The notes under the pieces: model-generated | The model's input: the letters and a program-made list of their open reading frames with translations, nothing else | Told to the model about the DNA's origin: nothing | Database searches by the model: none | Origin: a virus | Taxonomy: Duplodnaviria > Caudoviricetes | Strand: one strand, 5' to 3' | Length of the DNA stretch: 38,493 nt | Virus record (IMG/VR): IMGVR_UViG_3300037307_000164 | Coordinates: 1 to 38,493 of that record | Shown: positions 9,322 to 19,200 of the stretch, in pieces | Layout of the letters: every line of letters starts with the position of its first letter | Numbering within the stretch: the stretch's first letter is position 1 | Translations under genes and position numbers: made by a program

Positions 9322-9714
9322 ATGGATATCTTTTCCGCATTTGCTACCGATGAGAAACGTGAAGTCGAGGGGGCCTGGTTCGAGGTTCCTGGCGGCGATG
9401 CGCGGATCAAGGTGGCGCGTTCGAGCAACCAACGCTACGCACAGGCGGTGGTCAAGGCGTACGAGAAGTACAAGAACGCTCCGAAGAACCCCCATACAGA
9501 GCGGCAGCAGGAGGCGGACTATACGCGCCTGCTCGCTCAGTACATCTTGGTGGATTGGGAGAACGTTTCATTCCAAGGCCAAGAGCTGCCGTACTCGGTG
9601 CCCAGCGCCGAGAAGCTACTTTCGATTCGCGATTTCCGGGTCTTCGTGCAGAAGTGCTCGGATGACTTCGATGCGTTTCGTGTCGAGCAGGAGACTGAAA
9701 CGGGAAACTCCTGA
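9322..9714 (+). CDS. Tail assembly chaperone (G-like)
   Basis: AGAAGG before ATG 9322 (the longer ORF call runs through the terminator). Motifs EVEGAWF...IKVARS.N..Y and ILVDWENV. Confidence 0.8.
   Translation: MDIFSAFATDEKREVEGAWFEVPGGDARIKVARSSNQRYAQAVVKAYEKYKNAPKNPHTERQQEADYTRLLAQYILVDWENVSFQGQELPYSVPSAEKLLSIRDFRVFVQKCSDDFDAFRVEQETETGNS
9702..9708 (+). promoter_or_regulatory. Programmed -1 ribosomal frameshift site G GGA AAC
   Basis: X XXY YYZ heptamer in the correct phase, two codons before the stop. The -1 frame (GGG AAA CTC CTG...) is open to 10061. Confidence 0.85.
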
Positions 9715-10061
9715 GCAAGGCCCTCGAGTGGGAGATTGAGTGGGGTGCGCAGTACCAAGTCCTGCTCGACATGCAGATGCAACTGGGGTTTGCTCCTGAA
9801 GCGTTGCAGCGCCGCCCCCCTCTCGATGCGCCTTTGCGCTGGTATCTCGAAGCGTTCTACGACCTGTCGCGCGGCCGGCAGATAACCATGGGTGGAGCCG
9901 GCCCGATCCCGCTGAGCGAGATTCTGGCCTACATGCAGATGTTTGAGATCACGGATCTCGATGAGCGTGCTTCGTTTCTGCGCACGATGGGGCGGCTTGA
10001 TGCGGTGTACTTGGAGGCTCAGCACAAAAAGGCAGAAGCTAGAAAAGTGTCCCAAGATTGA
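9702..10061 (+). CDS. C-terminal (T) part of the frameshifted tail chaperone GT
   Basis: The -1 frame reads LLSKALEWEIEWGAQ...WYLEAFYDLSRGRQITMGGAGPIPLSEILAY...LDAVYL, typical of pre-tape-measure chaperones. Confidence 0.8.
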   Translation, partial: GKLLSKALEWEIEWGAQYQVLLDMQMQLGFAPEALQRRPPLDAPLRWYLEAFYDLSRGRQITMGGAGPIPLSEILAYMQMFEITDLDERASFLRTMGRLDAVYLEAQHKKAEARKVSQD

Positions 10062-10072
10062 CTGCCAAGTCG

Positions 10073-10101
10073 TTGATCTACAACGAGTTTCGCACTACAC
10101 T
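10073..10101 (+). promoter_or_regulatory. Putative sigma70-type promoter for the tape measure gene
   Basis: TTGATC-17 nt-TACACT in the intergenic gap. Confidence 0.45.
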
Positions 10102-10136
10102 GGCAGGACTAGCCAACAACAAGAAGAAGACCTCAA

Positions 10137-13100
10137 GTGGCTGAAGAATTCACACTCTTGCTAGAGGTCAAAGGTCAGCCTGAAATTATTCAGCTGACCG
10201 GGCTGGTGTCTGCCCTGAGTTCTGCCGGGACCACAGCAGAGCGCAAACTCGGTGATGCGGCCAGGCAGGCCGACGCGATCAAGAAGGGCTTCGCGAGCCT
10301 CAGCGCACAGTTCAAATCTTCCTTCGAGCAGCTTTCAGCCAGTGTCAACAACCTGGGCACCGCTCTGGAAGGTTTGGGGCAGAAGACCTCAAGAGCAGGG
10401 CAAGGGGCTAAAACACCCCTTAAGGCAGTCAAGGAAGAAGCCGAGCAGGCGACCAAAACGGTTCGTACGCTCAAATCCGAGATCCAGAAGGCCTATGAAC
10501 AGAGCCTGATCGGTCAAGACAAAGGCATTGGTCGTGGGCGCTCTCCGACCTTGGGCGCTGATCTGCGCCTGTTGCGTGACTACGGCGTCCAACTTTCGCC
10601 TGAAGATCAAGGCCGCTTGAAGCGCTATGAGGCGCATGCCCGCGCCAGGGATGAGCACCTCAAGAGGCTTGAAGCCGACTATCAGCGCGAGCGAGCTTTG
10701 GAGGTTGCGCACAGCCAAGCGCTTGCTGAGAACGCGGCCAGGACGCAGATCTTGGGCAAGCTCCAAGCCGCGGCCCAGCTGGAAGACGCAAATCTCATTC
10801 GTAAGGCTGGCGTAACGCAAGCACAGGCGCTCGAAGACGCCTCCCAGATGCGCCGCCGTATTCTCGAAGCGGACCTTCGCTTCACGAAACTGGCCAAGCA
10901 ATCCGCGATGGATCTGCGCCAGTTCAATATGGCCAAGGGCGCGAAAGAAGCTCTTGCGGCCGGGCTGCCTCTTTCTCAGGTTGAACAGCGCTTTGGTTCT
11001 CTGGCAGTTGCTGCGGCGCGCAGCAACACTGAATTCGCTCGCCTGCAGACGGCCGCTATCGCTGCACTTGAAGCTACTGCTTCAAGGGTGGACAAAGCTC
11101 GCAGCGGTATTAAAGGGCTTACGTCTGACACCGAGCGAGCTCAAACTGCTTTTGATCGGCTGACGGCGAAGCAACGCCTACAGCGCGCGGAGCAGGCTGC
11201 CGCCTTGCTCACCAAGCCCGACGGCGAGGCTCGTGCCTTGCGGTCCTTTGGGCCTCAGATTGTCGGGCTGGCGCAGAGCGCAGATGAGATGACTCGGCTT
11301 CGCCAGTCTGTCTCTGGGTTGCACCCAGAATTGTTCCGGCATGGGCAAGGCGTGGGTAAGGTTGGCGAAGGCTATCAGGCCCTACATACTGGCCTTCGAG
11401 GTGTTGCCGGCTCTATGGGGGCGATCTGGCTTACCTGGGGTCGCCCTCTTGCCACCTTGTGGGCCGGCTTTGCAAGCGCGTCTGTGGTCAAACAGGCCAC
11501 GCTGCTCTTCGTTGAATATGAGAATCAACTTCGGATCATCGAAGCAGTTGCTGGCGCAACGACGGCGGAAATCGAAAGCCTTAACAAGGCGATTGCGGAG
11601 CAAGCCAAAGGAGGGAAGTACAGCAGGCTTGAATTGGCGCAAAGTGCGCGTGTTTTGGCTCAAGCTGGCTTAAGCGTACCCACAGTCGAGACCGCCCTTC
11701 CTACGGTTTCTCGCTTTGCGACGGTTGGTGAAATGCCGTTGGACAAGGCAGGCCAATCGTTGGTTGGTATTGCCTCAGCTTTTGGTGAAAGTACCACCAA
11801 CCTGACCAAGGTTTCGGACACCATCGCGAAAGCAGCCGCGATTTCTCAGACCTCGATTGAGGCAATGACTGCGGCAGTCCGTGTGTCGTCAGTTGTTGCT
11901 GAGCAGTTCGGTGCAAGCATCGCTGAGGTTTCTACGATTCTCGCGGTGCTTGCCAAGCGGAACATTGAAGCTAGTGCAGCCGGTACCGCGCTTCGTAACG
12001 CATATACGGAGCTGTACACGCCTACGGAAAAAGCCAAGCGCGCAATGGATGCGCTTAAGCTTTCTGCATATGACAGCGAAGGAAACCGCAAGCCTTTTCT
12101 CCAGACGATGCTCGAAATGCGCGAGCAGTTGGAGCGGTTCACCCCGAAAAGCCAGGATGCGTTTTTCACGACGTTTTTCGGAGAGAGGGGCGCGAAGGCT
12201 GCTTCAGCTTTGCTTTCTGACCTTAAGGGTTTGCAAGAAGCCTCAGAAAAGGTTGAAAAGTCGGCTGGCTTCGTTGATGACGCTTCGCTGAAGATCGAAT
12301 CTTCATTGAAGAACCGTGCGGTTGCTGCTTTGAACACCTTCAGGGGCGCACTTATTGACGCTGGGAAGGCTGCGGAAGGCCCGATGAGTGCTGTCATTAG
12401 CCAGTTGCAGCGTCTTGCAGCTTCAGAAGAGTTAGCTGAAGCATTAAAGACTGTCGCCATCACCATGGCGAATTTCACGCTGGCTGTGACCAAGGCAAGT
12501 GGAGTTTTGGCGGTTTTCTTTGGGCTGTACCTTGGCTCAAAAACAATTGGGCTCTTCACAGGACTCGTGGCAGCAATCACGAGTGTGACCGGTGCTTACG
12601 GGCTAAAGACGATTGCAGTCACTGCTGCCACTTTGGCCATGCGTGGGCAGGCTGTGACCTTGGCCAGTCTTGCTACTGCCCTGACAACAGTTGCTACCGG
12701 TGCCGGGGCCGCTACGACTACTGTGACCACCCTTTCTGGTGCTTTAGGGCTTTTGAGCACGGCACTGAGCAGGGGTTTTCCCAAGCTTCTCCTGATCGCC
12801 GGCGCTGTTTGGGGGTTGACGACTGCATTCAATGCGCTGTGGAACGCCAAGAACAAGGCCTTGGAGACGGCGCCAGAAACCACCGAAGCCGGGATAGCCC
12901 AGTTGGAAAAGCGTGCGGCAGAGGCTCGCAAGGACTTCGATACTCGCTACAGCCGGATCATGCTAGGCACCAAGCCTGAGCAAGAAGAAAGTAGCTTTGC
13001 CGATAAGCTGATCAAAGAGGTAGAGAATCGCAGGGACGCCGATCTTGCCAACGCGATGAGGGCCGAAGAGCGCGCAAATACAAATTCAAAGCGAGAAGCC

Positions 13101-14642
13101 CGGGAGGCCCTTTACACACGCATCAAGACAGAAGCGCAAGCACAGATTGACCGAATCAACGCGGCTCGAGACGCACTGAACACAATTCGGCCGGGAATGC
13201 GCAGTCTTGATGTGGTCGAGCGAGAGCAGCAAGAGCGGGGGCTTTCTAGCGGTAAAGAGGTGTTCGATCCTTCAGACGGAAGCCGCTCGTACCCCTCTCC
13301 TCTCGGCACGGAGCTCAGCTCAGATCGCGCTGCAGCGCAAGCTCGCTTTGAAGCGGCTAAACGCGGTTTTGAGCGGGAAGAGAAGTACATCGAGCTCTAT
13401 CGGCGCAACCAGTTGATCGATGAAGAGACTTACACTGCCGATTTGCAGAATCTGGCGGAACGGCGGGCAAAGATTCTGGTTGAAGAAGCAGAGGCTGCTT
13501 ACAAGGACCTAGATCGGCAGGAAGCCAAGCGGAGGGAAGACATCCTTGCGCGCGTAAAGGACCCGAAAGATCGGGCCCAGCATTTTGACGCGATGAGGAG
13601 CGAATACAACAAGCTGAGGCAAGCTGGGCGGATTCAGATTGAGGAAGCTAGAGAAAATGCACAGCTGGTTGTCGACCAAGGTGTCGCTAACGCTATCGGG
13701 CGGGCGAAGGCAAAAGAAGACGCACTCGAAGCACTGATCGCCGCACAAGAATCCAAGTTGAACGAGAAGAGCGCCGACTGGATGCGTTCTGTAGAAGACC
13801 TGGAGGGCGGCTTCAACCTGAGCCAACGCCTGCGTGAAGCAAAGGATGGCCTGAATCCGCTTCGTGAGCTTCAGCGACAGTATCGTGAAGACGAACTGCG
13901 GATTAACGAGGCTTACGATAAGAAACTGCGTGAAGCGCGGCAGTCCTTAAATGAGGATTGGGTGAGGGAGGTCGAAGACTCCGCTGCCAGGACCGCGGCT
14001 GCGTTGCGCCAACTCTACGACACGCTGCAAGCCTCGCGTGGTTCCGAAGTTGGTGGAATTCGCAACGCTGCTGTCAAGATGCTCGACGAAATCGAGAATC
14101 GGGCAGCTGCAGTCGGCAATGTCTTCACGAACGCTTTCAATTCCGCGGAAGAAGCGTTCGTTGACTTCGTGCGCACCGGCAAGTTTTCAATGAAGAGCCT
14201 CGTGCAATCGATCATCGCGGATCTGGCCCGCCTGTCTTTCCAGCAGGCTGTGAAAGGACCGATGCTGGCTTCGATCCTGCAAGGGCTTGGTGGGTCTGGG
14301 ATTGCAGCGGCAGCAACCTTTCACGCAGGCGGAATGGTCGGTGCGGGCGGTTCAATGGGTAGCGTGAACCCCTCTTGGTTCGTCGGCGCCCAGAAGATGC
14401 ACAGCGGTGGTCCGGTGCTCGCCGCTGACGAGGTGCCAATCATCGCTCGCAAGGGAGAGACGGTTCTCACCCCAGAACAAAGCCGTTCGATTAACAACGA
14501 CAGTTCGGTCGTTGTTAACAATAATGTTACGGTCAACGGTGGTGCGTCGAAAGCGGACATCCTGAACGCGATGGAAGCAGCCCGACGCTCGACCATCTTG
14601 AGCATCCAGGACGCGCAGCGACGCGGCAGGAGGCGGATGTAA
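10137..14642 (+). CDS. Tail tape measure protein (TP901-type core)
   Basis: 1501 aa, Ala/Leu-rich helical. Core motifs LAQAGLS, AGTALRN and LKLSAYDSEGNRKPF; C-terminal FHAGG...HSGG...EVPII..KGE.VL. It follows the G/GT chaperone. Confidence 0.93.
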   Translation: MAEEFTLLLEVKGQPEIIQLTGLVSALSSAGTTAERKLGDAARQADAIKKGFASLSAQFKSSFEQLSASVNNLGTALEGLGQKTSRAGQGAKTPLKAVKEEAEQATKTVRTLKSEIQKAYEQSLIGQDKGIGRGRSPTLGADLRLLRDYGVQLSPEDQGRLKRYEAHARARDEHLKRLEADYQRERALEVAHSQALAENAARTQILGKLQAAAQLEDANLIRKAGVTQAQALEDASQMRRRILEADLRFTKLAKQSAMDLRQFNMAKGAKEALAAGLPLSQVEQRFGSLAVAAARSNTEFARLQTAAIAALEATASRVDKARSGIKGLTSDTERAQTAFDRLTAKQRLQRAEQAAALLTKPDGEARALRSFGPQIVGLAQSADEMTRLRQSVSGLHPELFRHGQGVGKVGEGYQALHTGLRGVAGSMGAIWLTWGRPLATLWAGFASASVVKQATLLFVEYENQLRIIEAVAGATTAEIESLNKAIAEQAKGGKYSRLELAQSARVLAQAGLSVPTVETALPTVSRFATVGEMPLDKAGQSLVGIASAFGESTTNLTKVSDTIAKAAAISQTSIEAMTAAVRVSSVVAEQFGASIAEVSTILAVLAKRNIEASAAGTALRNAYTELYTPTEKAKRAMDALKLSAYDSEGNRKPFLQTMLEMREQLERFTPKSQDAFFTTFFGERGAKAASALLSDLKGLQEASEKVEKSAGFVDDASLKIESSLKNRAVAALNTFRGALIDAGKAAEGPMSAVISQLQRLAASEELAEALKTVAITMANFTLAVTKASGVLAVFFGLYLGSKTIGLFTGLVAAITSVTGAYGLKTIAVTAATLAMRGQAVTLASLATALTTVATGAGAATTTVTTLSGALGLLSTALSRGFPKLLLIAGAVWGLTTAFNALWNAKNKALETAPETTEAGIAQLEKRAAEARKDFDTRYSRIMLGTKPEQEESSFADKLIKEVENRRDADLANAMRAEERANTNSKREAREALYTRIKTEAQAQIDRINAARDALNTIRPGMRSLDVVEREQQERGLSSGKEVFDPSDGSRSYPSPLGTELSSDRAAAQARFEAAKRGFEREEKYIELYRRNQLIDEETYTADLQNLAERRAKILVEEAEAAYKDLDRQEAKRREDILARVKDPKDRAQHFDAMRSEYNKLRQAGRIQIEEARENAQLVVDQGVANAIGRAKAKEDALEALIAAQESKLNEKSADWMRSVEDLEGGFNLSQRLREAKDGLNPLRELQRQYREDELRINEAYDKKLREARQSLNEDWVREVEDSAARTAAALRQLYDTLQASRGSEVGGIRNAAVKMLDEIENRAAAVGNVFTNAFNSAEEAFVDFVRTGKFSMKSLVQSIIADLARLSFQQAVKGPMLASILQGLGGSGIAAAATFHAGGMVGAGGSMGSVNPSWFVGAQKMHSGGPVLAADEVPIIARKGETVLTPEQSRSINNDSSVVVNNNVTVNGGASKADILNAMEAARRSTILSIQDAQRRGRRRM

Positions 14643-15253
14643 TGCCGACGACCTACACATACCCAAGCACAACGGCCTTCACGGCCAGCAAGTTCGAGAT
14701 CGGCTTACGCTCGAACGTGTTGATGACTACCTCTTCGCACACCGGATCAATCCAAACAATTGAGATGCCGGGCTCGAGGTGGGTGGTGACGATGAGCTAT
14801 GACATTCAGGCTGCCGACGCCCGCGCAGAAGTCGAAGCGTTTTGGGCTAAGGTGCGTGGACAGGTCAACCGCGTGGCGTTGTGGCATCTGCGGCGCCCGA
14901 CACCTCGCGGTACCGCCACGACTTCCGGCATCCAGGTCAACTCAACAGTTTCTGCGGGGCTGAGCACACTGGTATTCAAGAACGGGACCAATGGCACGAC
15001 GTACAAGCAGGGCGATATGTTCAGCGTCAACAGCGAGCTGAAGATGATCATCGCCGATACGACCTTCAACGGGTCTTCGCAGGCTACCGTTGACTTTACT
15101 CCGCCGCTGCGCGCCCAAGCCGCAATCAACACCTCTATTGTTCTTTCCAGCCCGACCGCTCTTTTCGTGCCTACCCAACAAGAGGTAATGGTCCCCTACG
15201 AGGGTTACATTGGGGGCTCGTTTTCGATCAGCCTTGTCGAGGTGTTCGCGTGA
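14642..15253 (+). CDS. Distal tail protein
   Basis: TAATG overlap with the tape measure gene. Motifs S..TG..QT.E.PG.RW and F.PPLR. Confidence 0.7.
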   Translation: MPTTYTYPSTTAFTASKFEIGLRSNVLMTTSSHTGSIQTIEMPGSRWVVTMSYDIQAADARAEVEAFWAKVRGQVNRVALWHLRRPTPRGTATTSGIQVNSTVSAGLSTLVFKNGTNGTTYKQGDMFSVNSELKMIIADTTFNGSSQATVDFTPPLRAQAAINTSIVLSSPTALFVPTQQEVMVPYEGYIGGSFSISLVEVFA

Positions 15254-15840
15254 AGAGTCTGTCAGGCAACCAGACAACGGCGCTTCAGGCGGCGGGGTTG
15301 CCGATCATCCTGTTTGCGGAGTTCGATTTTTCGACCGGGGGTGGCGTTCAACGTTACTGTACGGCAGGGTACGACTTCTATTGGGACCCGTACACTTGGA
15401 AAGGGTTGGGGGGCCTCGTCTCGCTTGAAGCGATACGGGAGTCTTCCGATGTCGAAGCGGTTGGGCTCAAAGCGACTTTGCTTGGATTCGACAACACACT
15501 CTACCCCAGCCCGGTGTCTGTTGCGCTGACTGAGCACGTTCAAGGCAAATCCTGCAAGATCTGGATGGGTGTGCTGAACGACAGTTACCAACTGGTCGAC
15601 ACCCCTGTGCTGGAATTCAGCGGGCGAATCGATACGCTGACGATCACTGAAGATGCTGGTACGGCGACCATGAGCGTAAGTATGGAGAGTCGTTTCGCCT
15701 CGATCCTGCGGCCCAATGTGCGTCGGTACACCGATGCCGATCAGCAGCATTATTGGCCAGGGGACAAGTATTTCGAGTATCTGCCAGATATGCGTGAGAA
15801 GGTGTTGGTGTTTCCAAGCAAGGAAGCGCAGAGGCGATGA
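15250..15840 (+). CDS. Minor tail / baseplate hub protein
   Basis: GTGA overlap. Motifs W.G.G.L..L..I.E, FSGRID and RYTDADQQ...PGD..FEY. Confidence 0.7.
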   Translation: MKSLSGNQTTALQAAGLPIILFAEFDFSTGGGVQRYCTAGYDFYWDPYTWKGLGGLVSLEAIRESSDVEAVGLKATLLGFDNTLYPSPVSVALTEHVQGKSCKIWMGVLNDSYQLVDTPVLEFSGRIDTLTITEDAGTATMSVSMESRFASILRPNVRRYTDADQQHYWPGDKYFEYLPDMREKVLVFPSKEAQRR

Positions 15841-16229
15841 AGCGAACCCGCAAAGGCACTTGGCCGGAAGATCTGTTTCGGTACATCAAGCAGAAGAACA
15901 TGACGCCGTTCGCTTGGGGCACTCACGACTGCGCCACATTTGCGAGTGGTGCAGTTGAAGCGATGACGGGGTTGTGCCTGTTCGAGCCTACCTATGACAA
16001 TGCCAAGGACGCGCTACGCTTCATCGAGGAAGGCGGCGGGCTAGAAGCCATGGTCACTGAGCGTCTCGGGGAACCGGTGCCAGTCGCCATGCGCGGGGAC
16101 GTGGTTCTGATTCCCTTGGAAGACCGCGAAGTGCTGGGTGTCTGTCTTGGGCTGGAGATGGCCGCGCCAGGTGAGGAGCACCTGCTGTACTACCCGACGG
16201 CGCGGGCCTCGAAAGCCTGGAGGGTCTGA
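15837..16229 (+). CDS. NlpC/P60-like tail tip protein
   Basis: PFAWGTHDCATFA (papain-like Cys motif) and RGDVVL, between hub and J. Confidence 0.75.
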   Translation: MKRTRKGTWPEDLFRYIKQKNMTPFAWGTHDCATFASGAVEAMTGLCLFEPTYDNAKDALRFIEEGGGLEAMVTERLGEPVPVAMRGDVVLIPLEDREVLGVCLGLEMAAPGEEHLLYYPTARASKAWRV

Positions 16230-19200
16230 TGCCTCAAGCAATCGGCATGGCTATTGTCTACGCCACTGGCGCTGCTGGCGCTGCGGCGGTCAACGCGCTG
16301 GCGGCAACGGCCGTCGCGCTCGGCACCACGGGCGCCGCTCTTCTTGGGCATGGCGCGATCATGGTGGCTGCGGCGGGTTATGGTGCCTACCAGAAGCGTC
16401 GGGCCAAAAAGGCCTACAACGCGAGTTTGGAAGATCGTACACAGACTGTGCGTGGCTCTGAAGAACCTCGCACGTTCGTTTACGGCACCACAAGGGTTAA
16501 TGGCCTTCTGACTTACGCTGCAACTCATGGGACTGACCGAGACAAGGTCTCGATGATCCTGACCTTGGGTGGCCATCCCTTCGACAGTTACATCGGGTTT
16601 ATGTCGGACGATTACTTCATTGGTCCGACAGTAGCCCCGGATTACTGGGCGCCGGCCGGCTCGGTCCTGTCTCGTACGGCGACCGATTACCGGACTTACG
16701 AAACTGCAACGGTAAGCACCGGCGCAGGCTACCAGATCGACCTGACCAGCCAGATCCCTACAGGCGGATCACTGCAGGGTGTTGATGGTGTTGCTTATCG
16801 CTTCGAGTATGTCTACGGTACGGGGGAAGGTGATCCAATCACCCAGTCGGCTTCTGTAACGCTGGTGCCTCCCGTACAAGCACCAGACACCCGTACGCCA
16901 CAATGGTCTATCTCTGGCAATGTGATCACACTGCTTTCGACAGCAGCTGAGACTGCTGGCTATAAGCTGGTAGTGTCCTTCAGGGTTTCGTTTGTCGACA
17001 AGCATGTGGCTAAGCTGCGTTGGTATCTGGGCAGTGAGAGCGACCCGAACCTGATTGACAGCTATCTGATCAGCGAAACTGCGGCTCTGCGGGGGCCTTG
17101 GACTAGCGCACACCTCGGGCATGAAATTCCACGGGTGCACTGCACTTATACCTGGGACGAGACCGTTTTCGCCAATGGGCTTCCCAATATTTCGGCGATA
17201 GTAAAAGGCAAGAAGGTCTACGATCCGCGGCAAGATTCGACCAATGGAGGGTCTGGGTCTCAACGTGCTGACACTGCTTCGACTTGGCTGTGGAGTTCGA
17301 ATCCGGCGCTATGCACTGCGGACTACCTGCGTGCTGCTTGCGGCGCGACGAGCTCTGAAATTCACTGGCCTACCGTTATCTCGTCAGCGAACGTCTGTGA
17401 TGAGTGGGTACAGTGCCAAGAGACGTTGACGATCAGCGGAATCACGAAAGCAAACCCAGCAAAAGTCACAACCTCGACAGCGCACAAGTTGGTTGCTGGC
17501 CAGGTGGTCTGGATCGACGCTGCCGGCATGACACAGATTGATTCCGACACAGCTGGTCGCCGTACAGTCACTGCAATCGTCTCCGACACCGAATTCACGG
17601 TGGACATCGACTCTACTGGCTTTGGGACCTTCACTTCAGGCACTTGTCACCGTGACCAGCTGCGCTTCACCTGTAATGGCATCCTGTCGTCCGAAGCAGA
17701 TGTGAAGTCGAATCTCGAGGCGCTGCTCAGCAGCATGGGAGGGATGATCTCCTTCTCGGGTGGGCTGTTCTACATCAACGTCGGTGCTTATAAGGCGCCA
17801 GTGCTGACGCTCGATGAAGGCGATCTTGCTGACGGTCAGATCACGCTGCAGGCCCGCTCATCTCGTGCAGACCTGTTCAACTGCGTGCGCGGAACCTTCC
17901 GCAACCCTGCGAAGTTGTACGCAATTGACGAGTTCCCTCCTTACGAGGGGACGTATTACATCACTACTGAGGACAACAACGAGAAGGTCTTCGAGGACTT
18001 CGAATTTCCGATGACCGATGACTCAGTAGCGGCGCAACGCTTGGCAAAGCTGGCGTTGTTCCGCTCCCGTCTGTCGATCTCCTTGGAAGCGACTTGGAAG
18101 ATCTATGCCTATGCTGTACAGCCAGGAGACACTGTTCGGCTGAAGATCCCTCGCTATGGTTGGGATACGATTGACTCGAATCAAGGCAAGGAGTTTCGAG
18201 TCATTGATCGGGAGTTCGTAGATCTGTCGACAGTTCGTCTGTTGCTGCAGGAAGAAGATGCTGATGTCTACAGCTGGACCTATGGTGATGTGGTGGTTTC
18301 GCAGTTGCCCCCCAAGACGAATCTTCCTCGTGGCAATCAGGTTGCACCGCCGACCAATGTTGGGTTGCGTACGGATGCTTCGACGTTCTACATCCAGCCG
18401 AATGGTGGAGTCATCGCGTATGCGGAGCTGACCTGGACTCCTCCAGTCACTACGGATGCTTTCGTCCGAGTTCGTTGGAAGCGGATGATTGACTTGGAGT
18501 ATTGGAAGATCGATACCCCTGTGGGTGCCAAATCTGTGCGGCTGGAGGGCTTGGGTCCCAACGAGTCGATCAAGGTTTACCTATACGCAATCAACAGCAT
18601 CGGTGCGCAAAGCGCGATAGTTGACATCGCTACTTATACGACCAGTCCTGATCTTCCAGTCAGCGGTGAAGTTGCGCCGCCTTCCGCGAACCTCGTCCCT
18701 AATTCGACATTTGAGAACGGCGCACAGCGGTGGTCATTCGAAGGTATTTGGGGTGGCGGAGCTACAGGCACTGGTCGCATCGATCCGCCGTCGTATCACA
18801 ATGCCGCGCTGACGATCCCCGGCCCGGTTCGTAACGCAGTGTGTACGGTGTCGTCAACATACACCGGCAATGACGCCGCAGCCGTGTGGCAGTCCGAGGC
18901 GTTCGCTGTAACGCCCGGCGAAACGATGGTCGCATTCGCCGAGTTGCATTGCGTAGGGACGAACGCTGCGGCTGGCGTGGCGTTTTACACGACTACGGGC
19001 GCGTACATCGGCAATTTGTTCGGCACGTTGGTCGATAAAGACTTGGATGGCAATGCTGCGGAGTGGGCGATTCCCGGCAATTACACAACGTCGCGTGTGC
19101 GAGGCGTAGTTCCTGCTGGCGCGCAGGTTGCGCGATTCACCGTATGGGCGACGACGGGGTGGTGGTCGAATCTACAGAAATACGTTTCTGTTTACCAGCC

